A stretch of 61,834 nt of DNA, from NCBI GenBank assembly GCA_002269645.1, contig NIVC01004069.1, forward strand, positions 1 to 61,834, given 5' to 3'. The notes beneath the pieces are model-generated. The model had not been told where the DNA came from, did no database searches, and saw nothing but the letters and a program-made list of their open reading frames with translations. Below are positions 34,374 through 51,949 of this stretch, piece after piece (positions within the stretch are counted from its first letter, which is position 1; the number at the start of each line of letters is the position of its first letter). The stretch is from Macrostomum lignano. Its lineage: Eukaryota. The translations under genes were made by a program, and so were the position numbers.

Positions 34374-36090
34374 CTTTGACTTACTTTTCTTAGCTGCAGG
34401 GCGGTCCGAAGACGCAGCGGGGAGGCGAGCGTCGCCCATTCCGCTAATCCCTGAAAGACCCGCTTAGGCTAGGGCGCGGGGCCGGTCAGGGAGGTCTGCC
34501 GGTCCTGTCTGCAGCGTTGTCTTCGGTGGGGAAGACGGAGGCTCGCTCGGTGGCCCGGAAGAACCGGATGAGCCGTGGGATGTTCTCGGGCCGGCAAACG
34601 TCGTCCAGGGACGGGTTGGGCCCGAGGTGGTTGAGCCGGTCTCGGTTGAAGGCCGGGCAGTAGCAGACGAAGTGCTTGGCGTCTTCGTTCTCGAGGTTGC
34701 AGAAAGGGCAGAGTTCGCTCCGGCGGGCACTTCGGAGGAAACAATGCCTTGCAAAGCAACCGTGACCTGTGAAGGTCATAGTGAGAGCGCGGATATCTTT
34801 TCGATTTTGGTTCAAAAGGATTCTCCGCAGCTTGAGGGACGGATTGGGCACTGCCGCACGAGATTGGCGGCAGTTGGAGATACCATCCCATCTGCGCAAG
34901 TGTAGGATGTCCGCCCAGTCGTTAATCTGACGATTGATGACTGTGGCGGGGATGGGGGCCAGGGGCACGGGGCCAAGGGGCGAGCCGGAACAGCCTGCCT
35001 TAGCGAGGGAGTCGGCAGAGCTCGTTACCTTTGAAGCCGGCGTGTCCTGGGATCCATGTAAGCCGGACGGTGTTCCTTCGAGCCAGCTTGTTGAGCTGCC
35101 CGATACAGTCGCGGACTGTTCGGGAGTTCGTAGTGGTGTGACACAGGGCCTGCAAAGCGGCCTGGCTGTCAGAGTGGAAGAAAATTCTTCTGTCCTTGAA
35201 ATCCCTGCAGTGGAGCTCAGCTGCACAGGAGCTGATGGCAAGGATTTCGTTCTGGAAGACGCTGGAGAGTCTGCCAGTGTGTTGGGCGTGAGTAGCGATC
35301 ACGCGGCCGTTGATAAGAATGCAGACTCCAAAGCCGGATAAACCGTCTTTGGAGGATCCGTCAGTAAAGCAGTGAACCTCCTGAGGAGCCCAGCTGTCGT
35401 TGGCGTTCTCCCTAGAGGGGATAGTGACTTTGAAGCGTTGATTGAGGGAGCGCGGCTCAGCGTCCGAAAGGACAGCCGCATTCCCACTCTCCTCCAGAAC
35501 TTTAAGGCACAGGTCAGAGTGCGGCAGGAGCTTGCGCTTCGCCATCGCTCTTTGTGGCTTGAAGCTAACGCCAGCCTCGATGAGCCGGCGGGTAGTTTTA
35601 GCAGCCTCGCGACGGACAAAGATGTCCAGAGGCGCGAGGCAAAGAAAGGCGTTGAGGCCGTCAAAGGGAGCAGAGAGCGGGGCATTCAGGATCATGCGGC
35701 ACGCACGTCCCTGCACCTTTTTGAGGGCTTCGTGGCAGGTTTTAATCTGCAAGGCGCTGGTCCAGACCAGGCCGGCGTAAGTAACGGCCGGTCGGACCAT
35801 TGCGGTAAAGATCCACCAGAGCTGTTTCGGGGTGAGGCCCCAGGTGGTGCCGACGGCTCTGCGCAGCTGCGCAAGAATCGCGAGGGCTTTTTTGGTTTTG
35901 GCCTGGACGTGGGTGGACCAGCTCAGCCGATGGTCCAGCGTCACGCCGAGACACTTGGCTTGCTTGCAGGATGGAATTTCCATCCCGTAAAGCTTTAGTG
36001 GGCGAATACGCCAGTTAACCCTGCTGGTGAACATGATCGCGACAGTTTTGGTCTCAGAGAGCCTGAGGCCGCACCTGTCCACCCATTTGT
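34374..36090 (-). mobile_element. 3' half of a Loa/Lian-like (R1 group) LINE: RT C-terminus, RNase H, C-terminal Cys/His knuckle, 3'UTR
   Basis: KCLGVTLD, FTDGS..DSQAAL..WIPGH (RNase H), GHGCF..CPFC..EDAKHFVCYC, and 3' end ..CCTGCAGCTAAG..GTAAGTCAAAG. Frameshifted. Confidence 0.9.
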
Positions 36091-36730
36091 AGTGTGAGCA
36101 TCTTTTGTGTAATTTCTGAATTCTATTAGTTAGTTAGCTTCTGTATTATTGTTGTTAATTATTGTATTTCGCTTTAATTTAGTCCCGTTTTCAATGTACT
36201 TTTTTTCTTGATTAGTTAGAGTTTATTTTGCGTAAACCGGCTAGAAGTCAGAAGCCAACTGTGACTCAGCGGAGGGTTGAGTTTTTCTGCGAACCCCGGC
36301 TTTGCGCGGCCAGCCAATCAGAACCGGCCTGGACCCTGGCACGCGGCAAAATCCGCTTTGAAAATCCGGTTTCGCGCTTTGAGGCGCCTGAGTTCGTCAC
36401 CCCCGGTCCATGTTTTGCTCCCTGCCGGACCGCTTCAGTCTTATAGCGTAACGTCTACGGCAAATTTCTGTCTGAAGTCGTCGCTATTTAGCGCGGTTAG
36501 ATAGAGACTGTCGGATTTGACCAAGTACGCGGCCTCGACCCAGAGGGCCTCAGTGTCACACTGAAGGGCAGCGCTGATAGAACTTAGTCAGTGCTCCATT
36601 GCTCCGTTAGGGATAGGTGACTAGAGGAAAGAGCAGAAACAGACAATCGAGTACGCTCGTAGAAAATGTAGAGGGTTATACATGTTATTTGTTGGTCTGT
36701 ATGGCCAGGGACTCCTGGGCCCACTTCGCG

Positions 36731-37235
36731 TAGGGGGACATGACACGCGCCAGTTTTTCTCCCTGACTCCCCTCTCCGCTGCCAGCTGGAGGCCGATTTT
36801 GGCTAGAATTCTTTCGACTTCTAGAATGTAGAGTAGTAGAGTAAATGTAGAGTACTCAGGATTGGACTTAGTTTATTTGAATCCGAAAAAAACTTTACAC
36901 CAAATTTCTTTCAAAACAAAATTTCGTTTACTTACAGAGTCTGACTGACTCATTCATCTAAAACTTTGTGTGACTGTGAACTTTCTGTACAGTGTGCTTC
37001 TTAATGTCCTCTCCTATCTTGCAGAGCATTTCTCTTTTTGTGAGATTGGCCCCCTTCGGGCCCTCTCATTACTAACAGTCAAATGCGCATGTATATACAG
37101 ATAGCTATATCAAGCATACTTTATAGCCAGTGCTTCTTTAAAATGTCTTCCCGGCATCTCCTCATTCTTTCTACATGTACTTCGAGAGATCGGCCTCCAG
37201 CTGTCAAGCCTCAAAATTCGTATCATGTCCCCCTA
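36731..37235. mobile_element. MITE with 17-bp inverted ends including the terminal TA (Tc1/mariner-type)
   Basis: TAGGGGGACATGACACG at 36731-36747 and CGTATCATGTCCCCCTA at 37219-37235 (1 mismatch). A second inverted internal block cagctggaggccgat is also present. Confidence 0.75.
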
Positions 37236-37490
37236 AGGCAGGGGTGGGAAACTTTTTACCTCTAACAGAAATCGTGGAACCATTCTATTCATGGTCTATG
37301 AGCCCTGGCCTGGACCATGGCTGGATCAAACAAAGAGGCTCGAAATACGCTATTTTCTTGGAGAAAGCAACTTTAAGCAGGGGGGGGGGGGCAAAATGTT
37401 TGGGGAACGAACAGAAGCCCAGAAAAGTAAACTTCTCTGGGTAAAAAACTTTTGTTTCCTAAAAAATTAGCTTTAGCTACAGCCTTGTAC

Positions 37491-38740
37491 CTCGATTGGG
37501 GACATCAGATCCGGTGACTCAGCTGGTGTCCGTCTCCAGTTTATCAGGTTTTCCCGAATGAAATCTTGAGCTCGCCGACTTGTGTGCTTGGGATCATTGT
37601 CCTTAGTAATAATAAATGGGTGCATTCGATTTGTTTTCTATAATCTTTTGCTTTAATACGGTGCTTAGAAAGCAGAAGCTTTGGCTTTGACTTACAGCAA
37701 ACAGTCGATGACCATTAGGAAACAAATCGCGAATGGTAGGAAGCAATGCATCAGTCAAAATTTCCTTAACGTAGAAATCGGCAGTCACAATCCCTTTGAA
37801 AATCAATTGGCACACAACCGGCGAGAGGCATTACTGCCCATTCCGCCGACTCCCCTGAGCAGGCATACAAGCGCGCGGATACGTTATGCAGGCACACACT
37901 CACACAGTAGTGTACAGCGGCCCTAACTTTATCAATTGTTAGGCATGTACACTTCACTGCGCCTTGGGGGGGGTTGGCTCTCAAGGCCGTTAATTGCACA
38001 AGCGAGCCAAGCCAAGATTCCAATCCAGCCCCAAATTAATGTGGCTGCACTTGGAATCGAGCCTGGGTCGCGGCACACCAGAGCAGCTGCGCTACCGCTG
38101 GGCTACGGCCCCCGACGTGCACCTTTGAAAAGTCAGTTAATCTGCGTGTCTATTGCATCATGTATATCTGTGTAACTAATATATGTGTCCTAGAAAATGA
38201 ATACAGTAAAATGACAAGGCACAATATGATTAAAATGCTTCAGCAGGAAAAAATAATACTAAAATATAATTGTGTGTTCCTACCTGCAAAGGATGCTTTG
38301 GAACTTGAACCTTCGGTCGAGCGCAGTTTACTCGTCGGAACACAGTTTGATGCGTCTTTCGGGAAATAGCAACTGTGCATTCATCAGTGAATATAACGTC
38401 ACTGAAGGTGTCATTTAACTGCATCTTCATCAGGCTCAAAATACACCTCACTGGTTGGTTTTTTTCTTAATAACTTGGCAGTATTGTGTAGACGTTCGAA
38501 CCCAACCGAGCTTTTGTCTGATTCTCTTCATTGTGCGAATGGATAGCTTTATAATTATATCAAACTCTAATTCCGTTTTCAAGCAGAGCTCCCTTGCAGA
38601 AATTCGACCACCAGTCTCTTTGATTAACTTGTCAATAAATATAGCCTATCTTAGACACCATTTCTTACCACCAGTTCTTTTGCCGAATTTCCTCTTTGCA
38701 GGAATCAGATGCGAACGGACACTTCGCTGAGCAACTTTTA
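37491..38740 (-). pseudogene. Intron-containing Tc1/mariner-like transposase remnant
   Basis: VIFTDEC (first D); LIFKG..ILTDALLP..HRLFA|DNDPKHTS..W..ESPDLMSPIE, with GT-AG introns between blocks. Stops and frameshifts upstream; C-terminus missing. Confidence 0.75.
37890..38113 (-). mobile_element. tRNA-derived SINE
   Basis: Head 38112-38042 has an A box TAGCCCAGCGG and a degenerate B box GGCTCGATTCC, with a mismatched acceptor stem. The 3' segment 37893-37924 recurs at 7933-7963. Confidence 0.65.
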
Positions 38741-40223
38741 AAAGTGCACTAATAACTTTCACACTTTTTCCTTCTACAAAAAAGAGTCGTTCTATTCGGA
38801 GCTTCTGTGCTATGCTAAGATGCTGCCCTCTTTTTAATAGATAGTTGCATATACAAATTAATAGGAAGAAGCAAGCAATCTATTAGATCACCCGCGGGAA
38901 ATCTAACACAATCTAACATAGCTCATTATTTTTTTCGTTTCCCACACCCCTCCACTGTTCCCCACCTCATCCCGCCCAATGATGAATCCTCCAATGACAA
39001 AGCATCAAAGAGGCCGCAAATTACAAGATTATCAAATTATTTCAATTAAATATGAGCTGAATTAAAATTACATAATTTGCATTAGCATTCAATCACAATT
39101 TTACGAGAAAGTCAATGGCGTGCAATTGTCGATGCCATAGAGAATCATGTCTTTATATCGAACTGGTTTCGGAGCTATTCAAGGCGATTTTTGCCTATTC
39201 TAGTGTGTTTAAAAAGGAAAAGTCCAAGATATGTAAATTGCAAATCAATCAGCAATTGACAAGCTGTATTACTAGACTCAAATATGAGATTCTACAGATC
39301 ATTAGAGCGTCCACACTATCCAAAAGGTATTCAAACAGAGTCCACACTAACCCATACTACATTAAGAGTGTTTGGTAGGGAAACTCGGCCCGTGTTTCCA
39401 TTGCAATTAGCAGCAGGCGCGCTCTGATGAGCTGGAGTTTTCCTGTCTGTCCGAACCGGCTACATGTATTTTACAGTACTAAATACAGCATTTATGTATA
39501 TTGAACTGCATTTTTGCAGCTCTGCTGTCTTTATGACTTCGCATTTTTGTACCCTACTTTCCACTTTCTACAAGCGTTTATCTAGGACTCCTTTCTCTTG
39601 GCGACACGACATCATGCAGCCAAGGACGACTAAAGTAACGTATATATCTACTTAAGTAGTCCTTGCATGCAGCATAGCTCTAATAGAGGAAAATTAACTG
39701 CCGCAGTGCATTTTTCGCAGTGCACAAATCGAACTACTCTCCAGATTTTCTTTTCCAGGTAGTTCCGTAGCTAAACTACAAAAACAAAAAAATATCGATG
39801 TATCTTGCTGAGCTACGGTTCATGACGGCCTGCTGCTCAAGAAAAGAGTCAGAATCATCTTCAGGAGAAAAGTCTGTTGGCCCGGCGGGACAATGCAGCT
39901 TTTTGAATTCTAAGCAATACACTTTGTTATTTTGAATTGCCTGGTCTGCTTTTAGCTGCTTTTTCTCGGATATCAAAGGCCAAGTCCACGCACCAAAGAA
40001 TAAAATATCACTGTTTAAAATCCTTAATATGTGCTTTACTGCTTAAGGATACATTGCAGACTCATCACATCAAAGTATATTTGGTCTTTAATCGGAACAA
40101 TAATTTGAATTCACGAATGAATTGCAAACGTATTGCAGAAGGTGCTAACTAGTTTTTAAGCACTTTGATCGAAGATTTTAAAAAATAGAATTCATTTAAA
40201 AACTGTCTCGTCGATCATTTCTT

Positions 40224-40556
40224 TCACAAGCTGTCCAGCATTTTCATTGCACTTTCTCGATCAATTTTTTTCAGACAACCGTAAATCAGTTGTGAAGTGC
40301 CGTCTGAAACTTTGCAACCGGACGCAATGCAATTACTCACTTCTTCCAGATTGTCACCGAATTGGAATATACAAGCTCCGTACACTGACTTGATCTCACA
40401 GGTTTCCGAAAGAACACGAGCTGTTTTCCAGCACTTAATATCCATTTCACTTTGCTCGCCAGAACCAGCGACATCCTCGATAGCTGCGGTTCCCATGGAA
40501 ACCAGGGCAAAAATAAGAACGCAAACTTTAAGAATATTTCGGAAACTCTCAGCCAT
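40224..40556 (-). CDS. Small secreted cysteine-rich protein 1 (110 aa, single exon)
   Basis: MAESFRNILKVCVLIFALVSMGTAA resembles a signal peptide. Six mature Cys with spacing C-x10-C-x8-C-x13-C-x4-C-x12-C-LKK. Paralog at 42918-43199. Confidence 0.75.
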   Translation of the reverse strand: MAESFRNILKVCVLIFALVSMGTAAIEDVAGSGEQSEMDIKCWKTARVLSETCEIKSVYGACIFQFGDNLEEVSNCIASGCKVSDGTSQLIYGCLKKIDRESAMKMLDSL

Positions 40557-42917
40557 AGTAATGTTTATCCAATGGGTAGCTTTCAGATGAGATATAACGT
40601 TGCCGATCTGCAACTATAAACTCAGTCAAAGCTTTAGTTGATGGTCTCTGTTTAAATAAAATTATTTTAGCAGTGGAGAGTGCGTGTATGTTTCGAATAT
40701 TTTTGCTAGCTTGAAATTTTTCTTTTCGTTATTCTATTCCATTTTTTCTTAAACTCGATAGAGCAAGCGGCACACAACATTCTAAAATGTTTCATTTGCT
40801 GAAGAGTAGATGTCTAAAAAAGTTTTTAGAATCTAAGTAGCTTGAATATTTTAATTATGAAAGAATTTTTAAGTGATATGCAATTGTCAGTGGAAAGAAT
40901 TTTATTTTAATTTGAATATCATGAGCGCGCCTTCTGTATGGTTAAGAATTTTTAGCATTTTCAATTTTGCTAAATTAAAATTGAAAAAAAATCAATGGTA
41001 TGTGAGGCGAGGCGACTCGATTCGTTTCATGTAGTAAGCCAGACACGAACGATTTCCAAATTTCCCAATTTCAAGCATCAAGTAACGGCTAATGATGCTG
41101 TTTTGTTGAAACTATAGAGTGCAAGTACTTGATAACTTCAGCACATTGCCGTCGGTGTGTTTAAATAATTTACCTTTTAGGGATTCAGTTTTTCATAACT
41201 GCAATCAATTTTGCCCGCAGAACTTCACGACTATATCCATGTCTCATAGCTTCCTGTTACCTTCAACACATTTACCATTTACAAGAGAAACGAACGCTAC
41301 AATCGAACAGCATCGTATGTAAGTACTCAAGTGAGTGGCTAAGGTCTTCATGGATGTCATCACCAAGCAGAAGTGCATTCATTCGGTGAACCATACCCAA
41401 ACGTACATCCAGAGATGTCCAGGGCCTGGTCGACATCTTTGACTGAATGATACATATTCTGAGTACTTTGTCATCGATTGCAGACTCATTTTTACCTCAG
41501 ACTGGTCTAAATGGCATCGCAGTTTTTTTGAAGGAAGTTCGTGAAAAGTTTGCAACTACACCTGTGCTACTGTAGAAAAACGTTTTACTAAAAATCTGTG
41601 CAAGTAGACTAATAGTGTTATAATTTTTATTGCTAGACTTTAGGCAGTAACACTACATGTACACTATAACTATTCTTTTATTGTGAGGATTGCCACAGAG
41701 AGTCTCTGCAAGCGCGAAGTTTCTACAAGGATGATTCCTGCTGCAAAAATATCACTGTTCCAACTATGAATGCCTCTATTGATGTCGATTGATGAGTGAA
41801 ATCAAAAGCGCCTTTTCTACCTAGGAGAATGAAAGACTACTTTAAATTAATTAGTTATTGCATCATAGAGCTCTGCACTAGTAGTTTAGCCTACTAGATT
41901 TAACTAACTTTAACAGAATCAGAACAATAACTTTTGTTCTCTAGCGATAACGTGCTTGACTTTGTCAGATTTTGATTATTTTGCAAAAGGCATGCTTTTA
42001 ACAATCTTTCTGGCCGAAGTAACCGGACCTCATCAAAATACGCCGTAAAATATACCACTCAGCCTATGTCAAGTTCTGCTCATAGTAGTTTCAAACTGTC
42101 CTTGTTAAGCAACTTCCACGACACCTGCCGTCAGCATCGACATTAGCTGTTCAGCTGAGTCGGGCGTCTCCTCAGTGTTCTGCATGGTGGAAAATTTTAA
42201 ATCCACACGGCACAGTCTGCTGTCGCTGTGCCTGGCGCAGAAGTGCGGAGGAGCGCCAGCCGTTATCGAGCGCTGCATCCACTTCTAGTCTATACCAGTT
42301 TATTTCTGCTCTTAAGCTTAAATCTTTCTATTATAGTCATAAAGTCTTATGCAACTTGAAACTTTATGCTGCAATCTTAGTATTGTTTTTTAATTAGTTT
42401 AGTGAAAACTTAAGCTCGACTTGAGCCCGTGCGTGCAACATTTCAACGTCTGCCGATGTACCCGACGTACCCGACGTCACTGGGCATCATTTGACAGCTG
42501 CGTGGATAGATGCCTGTTTGTCTGATTATCAGTTAAATATGAAATAATTGGCTTTAAAAAATTTTACATCAACCTGCAGGCAAATGACTTAAACATTGGT
42601 TTATTTGCTCTTAAAAAGCCAATAAGGAAAAATCTAGCGATCACACTAGCGGAAAAAATACCCAACTCGACAATGCTTTTCGTAAGCTTGTTTCCAGTTC
42701 AAGATTCGAAAAAATACATTTCAGCAAAGTCTTTAAGATTAGTGAGCATGACGTTGCCAGTCAACTTCACTTGCTGCTAATGCGTTGCAAACTTGAACTT
42801 CTCACATGAGTATTATTTGCCAATCACTTATCTTGCGAGACCGTATCAATTTGTTTTATTCAATCGTAACTAGTAAAAAAATCTTGCGAAAGTCAATTGA
42901 AAAGCGCAACTGCAATA

Positions 42918-43199
42918 TCATGGCTTTTTAAGACAACTGACAATCAGCTCGGCCGATCCTCCGCACCTGCCAGCCAGGCAGTTCGCCACCCTGTTGTAGT
43001 CGCCGCTGGATGATGCCGCACAGCCGAAAAGCGAGTTGACCACGCACACTAGAGAGTTGACGCCGGCCAGCTTCATGCAGTAGGTGTCGATGTAGATCCG
43101 CGGTGCATCGTTCTTTGGAGTCGCATCGGCAACAGTCATCGGTCCCAGGGCTACAAGCGCTAGCAGGACTTTCAGATAGCAAAGCTTTGAAATTAACAT
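42918..43199 (-). CDS. Small secreted cysteine-rich protein 2 (93 aa, single exon)
   Basis: MLISKLCYLKVLLALVALGPMTVADA resembles a signal peptide. Cys spacing C-x10-C-x7-C-x13-C-x4-C-x9-C-LKK. Confidence 0.75.
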   Translation of the reverse strand: MLISKLCYLKVLLALVALGPMTVADATPKNDAPRIYIDTYCMKLAGVNSLVCVVNSLFGCAASSSGDYNRVANCLAGRCGGSAELIVSCLKKP

Positions 43200-43964
43200 C
43201 TTTGCTGACTAGAAAATCACCCGTGCCCAACTAATGGAATAAATAGATATCTTAGTTCTGCAATCCAGTGCGTGGCTATATGACCAGCGCTACATTTTAA
43301 ATAGTGCTGTTGACTTAACTAATCATAATTTATAGCCTAATAGTAAACCAATTAATGTCATAAATTTCTTTGCATAGGAAACTAGCCACAATCTTCTCGG
43401 GTACAGGTTCCAGAAAAAAACCGACTTTTGTCTTTAGAGTTTAGCCCTTGTGTAAGCTTGCCTAAGCTTGTGTTGTGTAAGCTCGTATCTATACAGTAGG
43501 GAATTAATAAACCTCTCTCGAAGCATTGCCCTTTGTAGTTTAGCTTGTTAATTACCGACAATAAAATACAAAGCGCCATATGCCATTTTCCTTTGGTTTA
43601 GGGTACAGTCAGGCTGAGAGTTCAATTGAAGAATGGAGTATCAGGGTACTTGACAAGATTAAAAAACAATCGTACTATTGCACTCGGTAAATGCTACTAA
43701 ATATCTTACTATGCTAGTAGTAATGTGCTGTGAATATATTAGTTTTAATTCCTTTTTCATTTAAACTTCCTTATATTTTCATACAGTCGCAGTAGTCGCA
43801 GTAGGTTTCAGAAGGTTTTGAATTTTTTTCACGAAAAGGATAGTCCTATTTTAAAAACGCACTGAAGAGTATGATTAATTTTTTTCAAAGTACGGATTGC
43901 ACGTTGAATTTATTTTCATTAAAATATTAGCATAAAGCATGCGTGTTATAGTACGTATTTATAC

Positions 43965-50245
<6,281 letters not shown>

Positions 50246-51949
50246 ATTTATACACGCAAATGAAATAAGATGAATAAATAATGTGAGAAAAGCATTTCCG
50301 TAAATAGAAGTTATAAATTCACTCCGGAATAACAAAATGATTTTGAGCACAAATTCAAATCAGCGCCTCTCGCTCCTGGTCTCTATCGCGCATCGCAGCG
50401 GCGGCGGCTGCAGCGGCGGCCTCTTTGATGTCCAGCTGTTGCAGGAGCATCGCGGTGGTTGGTCCGAGGTCTGGGATTTGATCTAGAGAAGGACTGTCTT
50501 CAACGGCTTCTGCTAAAGATAAAATTGAAAATCGTTTAGTAAACCTCATTAGGCCATTTTTTAAACAAAACAAAATACATGTACGTTCAACATATAGACG
50601 CCAAATCATATACGACAATTCATAACTATATTTCGTCTATTGGTATTCAGGTATTTTATGAATTTATTCCGTTTCTGGTTTACTGTGAAAATTTTACCAA
50701 GTTTTTTCCTTTTTCTATAATTTACAAATCACAGTGTTGCTATACTGGTGCAAAAAATATCGCGTTCATAAAAGAAAACTTTATGAAAAAACAATTCATT
50801 TACTGAAAATGGTAAATGCTAAAGACTTAAGTAGCCATCTAGCAGTATTATCAATTTGGCTCGTCTTCATTCTAAAATCTCCTTCCATTCTCACTTATTT
50901 GCACCGCCTATTCAATGCCCCTTAGAGCGCCCTCACTGAAGTTTATCCTTTCCTTAACACTTCTCTTCATCACTTTTCCTTTTCGTTTCATTCGTATTAG
51001 CAAGTGGCACTTTTTCATAGATAATTCCCCGATGATTGCCCGAACCGAGCAGGAAGGAAATATCTCCCTAAGGCGCTGAGAGGCCTAAGGCGACTCGCCC
51101 TTACAAAGAGCCTCTCCACTAACCGCAGCCTGTCAAGCGTGCGAAGAATAAGACGCCGGATCTGGGCTGGAGATTGCGCCAGTTTCGCTGGCCAAGACAT
51201 CGGTGGCCAAGATCCGAGCTTCAAATGCTTCCATCGCAGCTAAGCCGAAAAAAAACAGCCCCAAGATGAAACAGGGGGCGAAGAAAAAGGTATTTTGATC
51301 CCCGCAAAATGCATATTTTATCCCCCTAGGACCCAGCAGTCTTCGAGACATAAGCTCCCCTGGAATAGGGCTGTTGATAACAAAAAATAATGAATCATGA
51401 AAGAAAGCTCATACTGTAATAATGTTTTTAGGCTGCTATTTTATGAAAAAATGCCGCAAAGTGGCGAAACACTTCTGTATCGTCAATTTAACAACTGCCT
51501 AAATATTTCTAACTAATTCTGCTATAATATTACACATACCTTCACTTGCCGTTGTCGATGGCGCTGGGTTCTTCCCCGCCGCAGCTTTCGTTGTGACCGG
51601 CGTCGTGTCGAAGGTTAATTTAGTTTTATCGACTTTTGAGTTCACTGACCGTTCACTACTTTGATTATTGTCACACGCTGGCTTCTTTTCGGCCTTCCTG
51701 GCGGCCTCTCTGGCTTCTCTCTCGCATTCGCTGCAGTAGCTGTCCGAGCCGAGCAGCTAGCATCGCCCGGATTCTGATCATCGTTGTCAAAGTCACCTTC
51801 TGAGCAGCCGCCATCGACGTCACTGCCCGCCCGATTGTCAAAATCATCTTCAGACTCCGACGAAGAAGACGAACCAGCGGCCAGAGATGCGGACTCCCTG
51901 TCTTTACTGGAGCTGCTCCGGTCTGCACCAAGTTAGATAGTTGACGATC

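Noticed and set aside
36083-36096. TTTGTAGTG as a CACTA terminus, or Helitron TC/CTRR ends, for the 15.9-kb block
   Set aside because: The orientation is wrong for a left end, there is no partner TIR at ~51950, and there is no CTRR plus hairpin 3' end.
38042-38112. Functional tRNA gene
   Set aside because: The acceptor stem has a mismatch, the B box is degenerate (GGCTCGA), the anticodon arm is poor, and it continues into a repeat body; better explained as a SINE head.
41349-41360. Second TGA-CAT-CCA-TGA 12-mer identical to the SelL UHPU codons
   Set aside because: The flanking sequence has no similarity to SelL, an extra adjacent TGA is present, and no SECIS was found; treated as chance.
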